Shown here one piece after another: positions 1-9,487 of a stretch of DNA of 64,000 nucleotides. Made by a program: the position numbers and the translations under genes. How positions within the stretch are numbered: the stretch's first letter is position 1; each line of letters opens with the position of its first letter. Origin of the DNA: Promethearchaeota archaeon (GTDB taxonomy: Archaea; Asgardarchaeota; Lokiarchaeia; Sigyniarchaeales; SOKP01); the NCBI GenBank assembly GCA_011364975.1, contig RDOE01000002.1, positions 1-64,000 of the forward strand, read 5' to 3'. The notes below the pieces were generated by a model. That model saw only the letters and a program-made list of their open reading frames with translations, ran no database searches and was not told the DNA's origin.

Positions 1-784
1 ACCCATCGGTAGCTGGGATGTTTCGAGTGTTAACTCTATGTACTATATGTTCTCTGGAGCTTCTTCATTTAACCAGCCTATTGGTAGTTGGGACGTCTCG
101 AGCGTATCAGATATGAACGGAATGTTTTCTCATGCTTCTTCATTTAACCAGCCTATTGGTAGTTGGGATGTTTCGAGCGTATCAAACATGTGGCTTATGT
201 TTGAGGAAATTACATTATCAACGCCTAATTATGATAATTTATTATTAGGCTGGTCACAATTAACCTTACAAACTGGCGTATTCTTTCACGCAGGTTTTTC
301 TAAATACAGCAGTGCCGCTGCGAATGCTCGACAAGAAATCATTACAAATTTTGCATGGACGATTACAGATGGTGGACTCGCACCAGAACTACCAGGATCA
401 TTCATACTTTCATCAGATGCCAGCACTCCTGATACTGATGGTTCCTTTATTCTCACGTGGACTAGTTCTGTTAGAGCAGATGACTACTCTGTGTATCGTT
501 ATTCTTGTTATATAACAGAAATTAATGGGAGTTTAAACCTTTTAGAAGAAAAGATCACCGATTTAAACTTGGATTTAAATGGTTATTTGGATGGAACATA
601 TTACTTTATTGTAGTTGCTCACAATAATTATGGAGATACTCTTTCAAACTGCATTCAGGTTATAGTAAAAAGGGAAGGACTTCCTGAACGTAATCCTCCC
701 GAAATTCCGGGTTATAATTTAGTGCTGATTGTTGCTGTATTAAGTATTACTATTTTGGTGATTAAAAAAAAATATGATATATAA
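1..784 (+). CDS. Surface protein, 5'-truncated: DUF285/BspA-like 25-aa repeats, Ig/FN3-like domain, Loki-type C-terminal anchor
   Basis: Frame is open from the window edge ([13 protein letters not shown]...). Repeats [14 protein letters not shown]-terminus is IPGYN + hydrophobic helix + KKKY. Confidence 0.85.
   Translation, partial: PIGSWDVSSVNSMYYMFSGASSFNQPIGSWDVSSVSDMNGMFSHASSFNQPIGSWDVSSVSNMWLMFEEITLSTPNYDNLLLGWSQLTLQTGVFFHAGFSKYSSAAANARQEIITNFAWTITDGGLAPELPGSFILSSDASTPDTDGSFILTWTSSVRADDYSVYRYSCYITEINGSLNLLEEKITDLNLDLNGYLDGTYYFIVVAHNNYGDTLSNCIQVIVKREGLPERNPPEIPGYNLVLIVAVLSITILVIKKKYDI
2..200 (+). repeat. 75-bp coding tandem repeats (DUF285-type)
   Basis: The unit ag(c/t)tggga(t/c)gt(t/c)tcgag recurs at about 11, 86 and 161 (75-bp period). 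Confidence 0.9.
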
Positions 785-1056
785 TAGTAAATCTAAATCC
801 TATTTTTTATTATCTCTTCAATTTTTCTTTCTTGATTTGAAATTCATTAATTTATTAAACCTCTTCCTTTTATCAAATATCAAGAAAAATGAAATACTTA
901 TTATAATTTTGCTCCTATTTGAAAAAGGGAAGATAGGGGAATAGAACTTTTTTTCTTTAATTAAGTAAACGTGTTCAAAAATATTAAAAGACTACCTAAT
1001 CTTTTATGAACATGTTCGAAGTCAAAATTATATGATCCGTTCTATTCTTTTTTATT

Positions 1057-1842
1057 ATGACTGAAGCAAAACAGCAAAAAATAGTTAAAAGAAAGATTAT
1101 CAAAATTGATGAGGAGCTCTGTACTGGATGCGGAAATTGCGTAGTTTCGTGTGCTGAGGGTGCTTTACAAATAATCGATGGAAAAGCGAAAGTGGTAAAT
1201 GAAATATTCTGTGATGGTCTTGGAGCCTGCATTGGAGGATGTCCTGAAGGAGCTCTTGAAATTATTGAACGTGAAGCGTTAGAATTTGACGAAGAAGCCG
1301 TAGAAAAACACCTAGAGACCATGAAACATAATGAAGCAGCAGAAATTGAGGAAATCAAACAAATAGTGAATGAGCATACGCATCAATGTGGTTGTCCTTC
1401 AGCTCAAACAATGGTATTTAGCCAATCCGAAAGTTTGACTGAAAATCCAGGAGATGTTCCTTCTGCTTTACGCCAATGGCCAGTTCAAATGCACTTAATT
1501 AATCCTCTCGCGCCATATTTTCAAGGAGCTGACGTTCTACTAACAGCAGATTGTGTTGCCTATGCTTTAGGCGGATATCATAAAGATTTTCTAAAAAACA
1601 AATCTGTTGCGATAGCATGTCCTAAACTAGACCAGGGAAAAGAAATCTATATCGAAAAAATTAGATCTTGGTTTGATAATGCGAAAATTAATACATTGAC
1701 CGTTATGATGATGGAAGTCCCATGTTGTGGTGGTTTATTAGCGTTAGCTAAAGAAGCCGCAAAAAAGGCGAGTCGAAAGGTTCCTATAAAATATGTTGTT
1801 GTTGGTATAAAAGGAGATATAATAAAAGAAGAATGGCTTTAA
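1057..1842 (+). CDS. 4Fe-4S dicluster iron-sulfur protein
   Basis: CTGCGNCVVSC and CDGLGACIGGCP motifs; C-terminal LRQWPVQ, ADC, ACPKLD and MEVPCC motifs. Confidence 0.85.
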   Translation: MTEAKQQKIVKRKIIKIDEELCTGCGNCVVSCAEGALQIIDGKAKVVNEIFCDGLGACIGGCPEGALEIIEREALEFDEEAVEKHLETMKHNEAAEIEEIKQIVNEHTHQCGCPSAQTMVFSQSESLTENPGDVPSALRQWPVQMHLINPLAPYFQGADVLLTADCVAYALGGYHKDFLKNKSVAIACPKLDQGKEIYIEKIRSWFDNAKINTLTVMMMEVPCCGGLLALAKEAAKKASRKVPIKYVVVGIKGDIIKEEWL

Positions 1843-1860
1843 AAGTTTAAAGTTTCATAT

Positions 1861-2520
1861 TTAATTTTCTTTTTCAAAAACTACTTTTTTCTTAATAATT
1901 TTTCTTAGCATAACGGATAACGCAGATTTAGATTTGCCCAGCCGATTCGCTAAATCTTCCAAAGAGATGTCTCTTGGAATTTCAAAGAACCCTAGCTCTA
2001 TGGCTTTATCCAAAACTTCCGATTCTTCTAATGTTAATTTAGCTTTTTCATCTTCTAATGGATATGGAGAATTTCCAATTCTTAATAATTCGAAATTAAT
2101 ATGTTTTTTTTCAAAAAGGGATAATAATTTATCGATTCGATCCCTACTTGATATTATACGCCAATAAGCATAACCCTCTCTAACATTAACTGGGAAATCG
2201 ACTAACGCTCCACAATTAATCACGGCATATAATAAATAAGGATCTTTGGTTTTTACATTAAACTTAATGCGATTTTCCTCTTGTTCTAAAAGGCTAAATT
2301 CCAAAACTGACCTATGATTTTTAATCTCTTCAATAATAGGATTTAGATTATAATGTATTATTTCAACGATTGCATTTCCTATTGACTTTTCAAGATCATA
2401 AGGAAGAAAGTATTCGATTTCCATTCGAACATCATGGAATTTTTTAAAAATCTCAGAAATCCATATATCATCTGGAAATTTAATTTTTATTCTAGCTAGG
2501 CTTAATCTTTGAGAATCCAT
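1861..2520 (-). CDS. HTH-10 (bacterio-opsin activator-type) transcriptional regulator
   Basis: C-terminal LT..E.EVL..A.ELGFFEIPRDISLEDLANRLGKSKSALS..LRK. Confidence 0.85.
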   Translation of the reverse strand: MDSQRLSLARIKIKFPDDIWISEIFKKFHDVRMEIEYFLPYDLEKSIGNAIVEIIHYNLNPIIEEIKNHRSVLEFSLLEQEENRIKFNVKTKDPYLLYAVINCGALVDFPVNVREGYAYWRIISSRDRIDKLLSLFEKKHINFELLRIGNSPYPLEDEKAKLTLEESEVLDKAIELGFFEIPRDISLEDLANRLGKSKSALSVMLRKIIKKKVVFEKEN

Positions 2521-2601
2521 CGTAAATACTAGTTAAGAAGAATATAAAACATTTTATGCTAATTTAATAATTAATATATAATCAATGTAATTTGTATTAT
2601 T

Positions 2602-3207
2602 ATGGTAGAAAATAGGAATCTTATCCTAGGTATTTGTGGAAGTCCTCGTAAGCAAGCAACAGAGTTTGCAGTTCAATATGCACTAAAATACGCCGCTGAG
2701 AAATATCATTTTGATACGGATTTTTGGACAGTAAGAGCTAAGGAGATAAAGTTCTGTATTCATTGTGATTATTGTATTCGGGAAAAAAAAGGATGTGTTC
2801 ATAAAGACGATATGCAGGAATTGTATCCTAAACTAGAATCCGCTAAATTCTTACTTCTCGGTACGCCTGTTTTCCAAGGAACTCTATCCGGTCAATTAAA
2901 AACGATTATGGACAGATGTAGAGCAATTATTGCTAAAGATTCTGAAGTATTTAAGAATAAGTTTGGTATGGCTCTCGCAGTTGGCGGAGATAGAAGTGGA
3001 GGCCAAGAAATCGCTATTCGAAGTATATTAGACTTTTTCCAACAAAACCATATTATATCTTTATCTGGAGGCGCTTTCGGAGCGAATATTGGAGCGTCTC
3101 TTTGGACTCATGATAAGGGGAAGGAAGGGGTAGAACAGGATGAAGAAGGGTTACGTTCTATAAGAAAGGTGATTAAAAGATTAGCTGAATTCAGATCTAT
3201 GCCATAA
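2602..3207 (+). CDS. Iron-sulfur flavoprotein (Isf)-like flavodoxin-family protein
   Basis: GSPRK, CIHCDYC...C, DDM, GTPVF, GGDRSGGQE. Confidence 0.88.
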   Translation: MVENRNLILGICGSPRKQATEFAVQYALKYAAEKYHFDTDFWTVRAKEIKFCIHCDYCIREKKGCVHKDDMQELYPKLESAKFLLLGTPVFQGTLSGQLKTIMDRCRAIIAKDSEVFKNKFGMALAVGGDRSGGQEIAIRSILDFFQQNHIISLSGGAFGANIGASLWTHDKGKEGVEQDEEGLRSIRKVIKRLAEFRSMP

Positions 3208-3298
3208 TTTTTTTATTTTGTATGATAAAATAACAAGACTAAATAAAGAATAGTAACTTTGATTTTTATGGAGAAAAAAGATAAATAAAAAATAATAA

Positions 3299-3592
3299 TT
3301 ATTTAACTTCAAATAATTTTTTAGCTTCTTTTTCTCTTAAACCAATTTGAGAAAATAGTTCCTTAAACCAGTATTTTCCTTTATAGATTACTACGGGTGT
3401 GTTGACAATGCATCCATCCTCATCGCAAAAAGTTGTAAGAAAGTTCCCGTCATGCAAGAGCTGATGAACAAATTCTTCATCATTAATATCTCGTTCTATG
3501 TAATTCACTTCATTTTTATCTAGCCATTCTTTAAGTGCATGACACCTAGGACAGTCTTCTTTTGTGATAATAATTGGTACTTTCGATTCCAT
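3299..3592 (-). CDS. Glutaredoxin/NrdH-like protein
   Basis: CPRC active site, YIERDI, cis-Pro motif NTPVV. Confidence 0.8.
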   Translation of the reverse strand: MESKVPIIITKEDCPRCHALKEWLDKNEVNYIERDINDEEFVHQLLHDGNFLTTFCDEDGCIVNTPVVIYKGKYWFKELFSQIGLREKEAKKLFEVK

Positions 3593-3773
3593 ATTCTTAA
3601 ATTATCTAATCTGAATAAAAAAGATTTACCTTCTAAGTTATAAATATCGTTCAGACAAATTTATTTTTAAAAAATAAAGATATCTTCCACGAATTACTAA
3701 ATATATCTTTGATAAGTGAAATCCTCATAAAAAAGAACTTTATATTTAAATTAATTCAAATCAAAAATTACAT

Positions 3774-4226
3774 ATGTTAAGTTTAAAAAAAAAGAATATC
3801 ATTAAACAAGTAAAAAGTGCGCGATTTATTGGTAAACAACTTTCTCGAATCAAAATGGGCCAATCCTATTATTCTATTGCGGTATCAACTGTTAGTGCAA
3901 TTTCGCTTATCTCATTGGCATTTAGGATTGAATTTTGGATGCTTATTGTCGCATTTCCAATTCTTCTCTTAATGACGTTCACAATCGGCTACTTTTTGGA
4001 CATTTATAATATTAACACAATGGATACTCTTAAAGCAAATGAAATAACACATAGATATCTTACTACTAGTGATCTTAAAAGTCAAGAATTTCAACTTCTA
4101 CAAACCGAGATAATTCTTGAGGCAATAAAGGCTATACAAGAGCAGAGAAAATTAGAACCAGATAAATTACTAAAAAAGTATCAGGACTATTTTGATCGGT
4201 GGAAATCTCCTCAGAAAGTGCTTTAG
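3774..4226 (+). CDS. Hypothetical membrane protein (2 TM)
   Basis: 150-aa ORF with two hydrophobic segments; no recognised motif. Confidence 0.6.
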   Translation: MLSLKKKNIIKQVKSARFIGKQLSRIKMGQSYYSIAVSTVSAISLISLAFRIEFWMLIVAFPILLLMTFTIGYFLDIYNINTMDTLKANEITHRYLTTSDLKSQEFQLLQTEIILEAIKAIQEQRKLEPDKLLKKYQDYFDRWKSPQKVL

Positions 4227-4387
4227 AAGCTTTGTTTTTCCTGAAAGTAACTATGCTGGATAAAAATGATTACAGATGTATTTTTGATTCATATGATAAT
4301 AATTCTTCTTCAAAGATTTCATCGCTACAATAAAACAATTAAAAAGCATGAATTGGATTAAGGGATTTATTATGGGTGCTTTAAGGG

Positions 4388-5431
4388 TTATAAAAGATTT
4401 TTTGTTAACCACTGAATTGCATAAATGATTTGATCATCATCGCTTAACACATTAAAGCAAAATAATTTAATTGGCAAACCACATTGTTCTAATTCATCCT
4501 TATTATACTTTTCATAAATAAAATCAGGTGAGAGTTCTTCTTTATCATCAAATTTATTTCCAATTACTAATATAGGCATTATTTGATCATTTTCTGTACA
4601 TCTATTCAATACTAATTGAAACATATCAAAAGCCTCTTGTTTCGAATCCATTTTAGAAGCGTCGTACATTAGAATGAAGCCTTGAGAATTATCTATACAT
4701 TCTTGATAAAAATTTTTGTTATCAGATTGGGTTTCCTCTTCAATACATTCATAAGTCAAAATTTCAATATTATCAATTATAAAATCATAGATTTTACTAA
4801 CCAGATCTCGCTTCATTTCATTGTTTTTATAATGGAGAAATTGAATTGCTTCAAGATTTTTTAGAAGGGTATTTCTTCCCGAATTTGGTGGTCCAAAGAT
4901 ATAAATTTTTTTTAGATTTTGTTTAGTAATCAAGGGTGCTGTGATATTAAGTTTGGGTGTAATTTGCTCATAATATTTATTATAAAGACTTAGAAATGCC
5001 TTTTTGAATTTTTCAGGAGCATTACTTAAAAGATCTCTTTTACTACTAGTTCTTTTATTACTGTGAAGTATAATAGTTATGTTTTTTAAGTTTTTTAACT
5101 CAGCAGCGAATTCCTCAAGATCCGGCGTTTTAGATAATAAAAAGTTATAAATATCTGTTATTTCGTCCTTAAAATACGCAGCTCTAATCATATAAGTTAT
5201 CATAAGGATTTCTTTACCTCCTCGCGCGTATTCAGAATTAATATAGAAAATATGATTAATCGTTTGATATTTTCTATATGTGAATATAAAGTTCCCCTCA
5301 GTTTCGCTAAATTCCAGAATTCTCGCCAAATCAGGATGTTCGGCCTTATTTAATGGGTCACTGCAATAAAACAGATTTGGTCCTATGACAGTATCGAAAT
5401 ACGTAACGCATAGAATAGATTCATTTGTCAT
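4388..5431 (-). CDS. Longin/uDENN-like domain fused to a degenerate Ras-like GTPase domain
   Basis: N-terminal CVTYFDTVIGP (uDENN/longin-type FD..xGP). C-terminal IYIFGPPNSGRNT (degenerate G1), GFILMYD, ILVIGNKFD (G4). Confidence 0.7.
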   Translation of the reverse strand: MTNESILCVTYFDTVIGPNLFYCSDPLNKAEHPDLARILEFSETEGNFIFTYRKYQTINHIFYINSEYARGGKEILMITYMIRAAYFKDEITDIYNFLLSKTPDLEEFAAELKNLKNITIILHSNKRTSSKRDLLSNAPEKFKKAFLSLYNKYYEQITPKLNITAPLITKQNLKKIYIFGPPNSGRNTLLKNLEAIQFLHYKNNEMKRDLVSKIYDFIIDNIEILTYECIEEETQSDNKNFYQECIDNSQGFILMYDASKMDSKQEAFDMFQLVLNRCTENDQIMPILVIGNKFDDKEELSPDFIYEKYNKDELEQCGLPIKLFCFNVLSDDDQIIYAIQWLTKNLL

Positions 5432-5597
5432 AGTGATAAAGATTGGAAATTGTTTTTATCTAAAGTATATTAAAGAAATTATCTATTTTATATAAAACGC
5501 TTTTATTTAACAAAATTAAATTTCTCATTTGCTCTGGTTTTTTTAATAATTTATAAAAATCAAATTTTAATGTTTAGCTTTTATTTCTTCATTATAA

Positions 5598-6038
5598 ATG
5601 AATGTTCAAGATGAAGAATTTAATCAAGCAGTGAAGAATTTATTTCGTGGCGAGACCATGGAGCGTGCTTCCGCAGCAAGAAAATTAGGTCATTTTAAGC
5701 AAGGAAGAGCAACAAATTTATTGATAAAAGCAATTAAATCCGAAAAGGATCCAGTAGTTATTAATCGAATTATTGAAGCCATGGGAGAAATTAAGGACGC
5801 AAAAGCAACTCTTTCGATTATTGATTATTTGAAGAATGAAGTTGAAAAGCCGGAGGAAGAACAGGACCAAAACCGATTATTTTTAATCATTGAAAGTCTA
5901 ATGAAAATCGGAGATAAAAGAGCATTAAAACATTTAGGAATTCTTTTAGATACATGTAATAATGAGATAAAGACACTCACTGAAGAAGCACTTGAATGTA
6001 TTGACCCGAATTGGAAAAATAATATTAAAAGTAAATAA
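5598..6038 (+). CDS. HEAT-repeat protein
   Basis: ERASAARKLG, IIEAMGEI.D..A and IIESLMKIGD.RA repeats. Confidence 0.8.
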   Translation: MNVQDEEFNQAVKNLFRGETMERASAARKLGHFKQGRATNLLIKAIKSEKDPVVINRIIEAMGEIKDAKATLSIIDYLKNEVEKPEEEQDQNRLFLIIESLMKIGDKRALKHLGILLDTCNNEIKTLTEEALECIDPNWKNNIKSK

Positions 6039-6079
6039 GATAAAATAAATTATAATATATCAACATAGAGGAGAATAAA

Positions 6080-6397
6080 ATGTTTCCAGAATTTATGATG
6101 GAATTGTTTAATGAAGTTGAAGGGAAAAATAGTAAGCAAGATGTATCCATATTCACTCTTTCAACATGCATGTGGTGCAAGAAATGTAAAACCTATCTTA
6201 AGGATAGAGATATTAAATATAAATATATTGATATAGACAGCATTACACCAGAACAGAAATCAAAAATATTAGCATATCTTAAAGAGAACTATAAACCAGA
6301 TAGAATTGCATATCCTTTTTTAGTATGTGATGATAAGTTTGTTGTGGGTTATGATCCTAATAAATATGAAGAATTAATGAAAAGTGGAGGTAATTAA
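6080..6397 (+). CDS. Glutaredoxin family protein
   Basis: FTLSTCMWCKK active site, AYP, VVGYD; adjacent to FTR. Confidence 0.88.
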   Translation: MFPEFMMELFNEVEGKNSKQDVSIFTLSTCMWCKKCKTYLKDRDIKYKYIDIDSITPEQKSKILAYLKENYKPDRIAYPFLVCDDKFVVGYDPNKYEELMKSGGN

Positions 6398-6398
6398 A

Positions 6399-6764
6399 GT
6401 GGACATGACAACAAAAGAAGGAATGAAGCAGTATGTAGAACAAGTAAGTAATAAAAATGATTGGATTTTAAACATGGACTCCAATACGTTTAATGATTTA
6501 ATTGATGGTTTAGTGGAAAACAAAAATAAATATGGATATCAATCATGCCCTTGCCGATTGGCTTCAGGTAAGAGAGATTTAGACAGAGATCTAATCTGTC
6601 CATGTGAGTATGCTAAATATGATGTAAAAGAATTTGGTGCTTGTTATTGTAACCTTTACTTACGTGTAAATTTTTATGAGACTGTTAAGAAGGACTATGT
6701 CATTGTACCTGAACGTCGTCCTGCTGAAAAAGAAAAAGCGGTACTAGAATTTTTTAATCAATAA
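6399..6764 (+). CDS. Ferredoxin:thioredoxin reductase catalytic subunit
   Basis: CPCR...ICPC...GACYCNLY motifs. GTG start at 6399 follows GGAGGT. Confidence 0.9.
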   Translation: MDMTTKEGMKQYVEQVSNKNDWILNMDSNTFNDLIDGLVENKNKYGYQSCPCRLASGKRDLDRDLICPCEYAKYDVKEFGACYCNLYLRVNFYETVKKDYVIVPERRPAEKEKAVLEFFNQ

Positions 6765-6874
6765 ACTTTTTTATGTTATTTTTTTCGTAATTTAATTTAT
6801 TAGAGCATCCATAAGCATAATCTCAATTTTTTATAACTAAAAATCTTAAATATATCGGATTCTCTATAACATTT

Positions 6875-7033
6875 ATGACGGATAAAGAAATAACGGACGA
6901 TGAGTTAGAAGAGGAATTAGATAAAGCATTCAAGGCTAATGAAGCAAAAAAAGATCAATGCGGCACGGCCTTACCCATAAATAGAGAAGTAGGAGTTCAA
7001 CGAACTGACGTTAAAGTAAAAAAGAAAGATTAA
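6875..7033 (+). CDS. Small acidic hypothetical protein (52 aa; absent from the ORF track)
   Basis: ATG..TAA ORF MTDKEITDDELEEELDKAFKANEAKKDQCGTALPINREVGVQRTDVKVKKKD. TATA-like ttaaatata upstream, T-tract downstream. Confidence 0.65.
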   Translation: MTDKEITDDELEEELDKAFKANEAKKDQCGTALPINREVGVQRTDVKVKKKD

Positions 7034-7061
7034 ATTTTTTTTTAATTTTTTTTATAATGGA

Positions 7062-8114
7062 TTAATCTAGTAAAGTTAATTTAGTAATAGCTCCAATTTC
7101 ATTAAATTCTGAAGGTTCCATTCTTAATTCTTTTCCAGTTATTTTATTTGCCACAGATGCTGCAAAGATTGCCCAAGGGCAAACAGTATTGGTTAATTCC
7201 TCCTTAGTCATCACACTTCTTACTTGAGCAGTTGAACAATTGATAGATTCAATAGTAAATGCTTTTTCTGATTCCCATTTAATTATAACTTTCTCCGCCA
7301 TGCCAACTTTTTCAGCCATGCTCATAAATTCCTTCAAAGCATCAGGCAAACTCAACTTTTCTAATTTTTTCATATTTAATCCAGACATGGTCATCATTCT
7401 TTCAATAAACTCATAAGTTCTTGGGATTACATATTTAAACAAGGTAGGGGTTCCCAGTAGTTCTTTCGCAGACTTTTCATAACCAAAAGTTACACCATGT
7501 AATAAAAAGGCAATTTGATTAAAAGCAAACCGAGTCTTTTCTTTTATAGAGCTCTTTCTCTTATATAACACCAATAAAAAGAGCCCTGTAGCTCCGATAA
7601 ATGGTATAATTGCAGCCCAAATGAATGATATAGGCACAATAATGACATCAATTCCTATTGAGTTCCAGTATGGTAATACAACAAAATAGAAATTATAGAG
7701 ACTTGTCCAATGTGATAAACTCCAACCTAAAAATCCTACTGGACCGATATATTTCCCATAAATATAGATCTTATCTTTCTTAAACCTTGCCACGAGAAAC
7801 TTAAAGGTGACCAATATTGTTGCAATAAAACCACCAATCCAAGTATGAGTCCAGACGCCAGAAGGTATGAATAATAGAGGATCTGACGTGATTATGTGAG
7901 TATAAAGGCCATACATGCACTGACCAAATAAGATATAGAAAATGGAAATTTCTATCCAACCAAATCGCTTATGATAACGAACTAATACGAAATCTCCTTT
8001 CATTAGATTTAAATCTCTAATGTTATAAATACCTATGAATTCATTAGCTAATACAAAACAATACCCAATTAAAGTTTGGAGAATCATTAATTCAGTCCAT
8101 AATTCCATGAACAT
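7062..8114 (-). CDS. Membrane protein (cytochrome-b/DUF6529-like, His-containing) fused to a V4R/methanogen-output-like domain
   Basis: About 5 TM helices with RYHKRFG, THTWIG..FK and HWTSL. C-terminal FTIESINC...VCPWA...KITGK. Confidence 0.6.
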   Translation of the reverse strand: MFMELWTELMILQTLIGYCFVLANEFIGIYNIRDLNLMKGDFVLVRYHKRFGWIEISIFYILFGQCMYGLYTHIITSDPLLFIPSGVWTHTWIGGFIATILVTFKFLVARFKKDKIYIYGKYIGPVGFLGWSLSHWTSLYNFYFVVLPYWNSIGIDVIIVPISFIWAAIIPFIGATGLFLLVLYKRKSSIKEKTRFAFNQIAFLLHGVTFGYEKSAKELLGTPTLFKYVIPRTYEFIERMMTMSGLNMKKLEKLSLPDALKEFMSMAEKVGMAEKVIIKWESEKAFTIESINCSTAQVRSVMTKEELTNTVCPWAIFAASVANKITGKELRMEPSEFNEIGAITKLTLLD

Positions 8115-8204
8115 TGCTAAGTTTCACATCTAATATTTTAAATATGATCTTTATTTTTAACTTAGAAAAAACCCAACTTTTAATTTAAAATTTATAATTA
8201 TAAT

Positions 8205-9311
8205 TTATTTTAACTGTTTATATATCGCTAAACAAATATTCTGGAGGAAATCAAAATCTTTAAAATCTTTAACATTTCCTATAAGTGTCAAGGCAAAATT
8301 GTTAAAATTAATACATATTGTTAGTATTCTTTCACCTCCAATTGCAGCATAAAATAAAACTCTATTATATATTTCAGTATTCACTTTCTTAGACGAGGTT
8401 AAAAAGCTAATTGTTTCAGGAATATACTCACTGCAATCATAATTCTTATCAAAAATCTTAGAATAAAGAACTTTTCCTACTAAATCAACTAGGTAGAGTT
8501 GTCGTATATTTAAATCCCAATGAATATTCTTAAATTTCTCAATTAATTTGTTAGGCTTTTTAAGATATTTTCCCTCTTCTTTAAAAAACTCCAATGATAA
8601 GAATTCTTTTTCAATATTATTTGATAAATTAAACTGCTTTACGATTACTATATTTTTTCTTGGTTCAACGACTATAGTTTCACTTTGAACACTATTTAAA
8701 AGAAACCAATTTAAAGGTTCATTAAGGTAATTCTGATACAACAATCTAGCTGAATTGAGAACAAGTGGAATTAAAAAACTTAACTTTTCTTTTTCTGTAT
8801 ATTGTTTAGCGTGAATGTAAAATACAGTTCCACTTTTAGGTTCAATATAAATGATAGCTTTTAAAGTGGACTCTTGTTCAATTTCCACTATATTTGATGC
8901 CAACACATCTAAGCCTAGAGCATAATTAATTTGATTTACATTTTCTTTAAATTTTTTATACGCTGTTATTTCTCCATCAAATTCCTTATTCAGGAGGGGT
9001 TCAAATTCAGCTATAAATTGATCCATTATTTGATGAATGAAAGAATGTAATAGCTCTGTTAACTCAGTATTCTTGGTAGTTACTACAAAGGTAAGTTTTT
9101 GATAGAGATCATCACGCTTTTCAAATATAATATAAGTTTCTCGGAGCTTTAATGATTTAATATCTTCTCCTCTTTCATATGTAGCAAAACTGTTTATTGC
9201 TGTTAAAAAACCACTTAATAAATCATCTTTACCATTTTCCTGTGCCCCTTCAGGATGCCAATTAAACAATAAAGAACCAGATTCATTAATTATCAACAAA
9301 TCATCAAGCAT
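8205..9311 (-). CDS. Longin + roadblock + roadblock multidomain protein
   Basis: N-terminal LLIINESGSLLF...LLSGFLTAINSFA (longin). Two further alpha/beta units: KAIIYIEPKSGTVFY and RQLYLVDLVGKVLYS. Confidence 0.7.
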   Translation of the reverse strand: MLDDLLIINESGSLLFNWHPEGAQENGKDDLLSGFLTAINSFATYERGEDIKSLKLRETYIIFEKRDDLYQKLTFVVTTKNTELTELLHSFIHQIMDQFIAEFEPLLNKEFDGEITAYKKFKENVNQINYALGLDVLASNIVEIEQESTLKAIIYIEPKSGTVFYIHAKQYTEKEKLSFLIPLVLNSARLLYQNYLNEPLNWFLLNSVQSETIVVEPRKNIVIVKQFNLSNNIEKEFLSLEFFKEEGKYLKKPNKLIEKFKNIHWDLNIRQLYLVDLVGKVLYSKIFDKNYDCSEYIPETISFLTSSKKVNTEIYNRVLFYAAIGGERILTICINFNNFALTLIGNVKDFKDFDFLQNICLAIYKQLK

Positions 9312-9487
9312 TTTGATAAGTCATCTTGGGTTTAATTTTGAAATTAGAGAGGTTCATATTTAAAATGATAAGATTTAACATTTAAAATATTATATTCTGA
9401 AATAAAAATTATATCATATTAAAGGATCTAATAATCACTAAAAAAATTCTTATAAACGATGCCTATTTCGTTTTGTAGGTAAGATGT

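Noticed and set aside
2-200. 75-bp periodic repeats as a CRISPR array or mobile element
   Set aside because: They encode 25-aa DUF285-type repeats of the surface protein.
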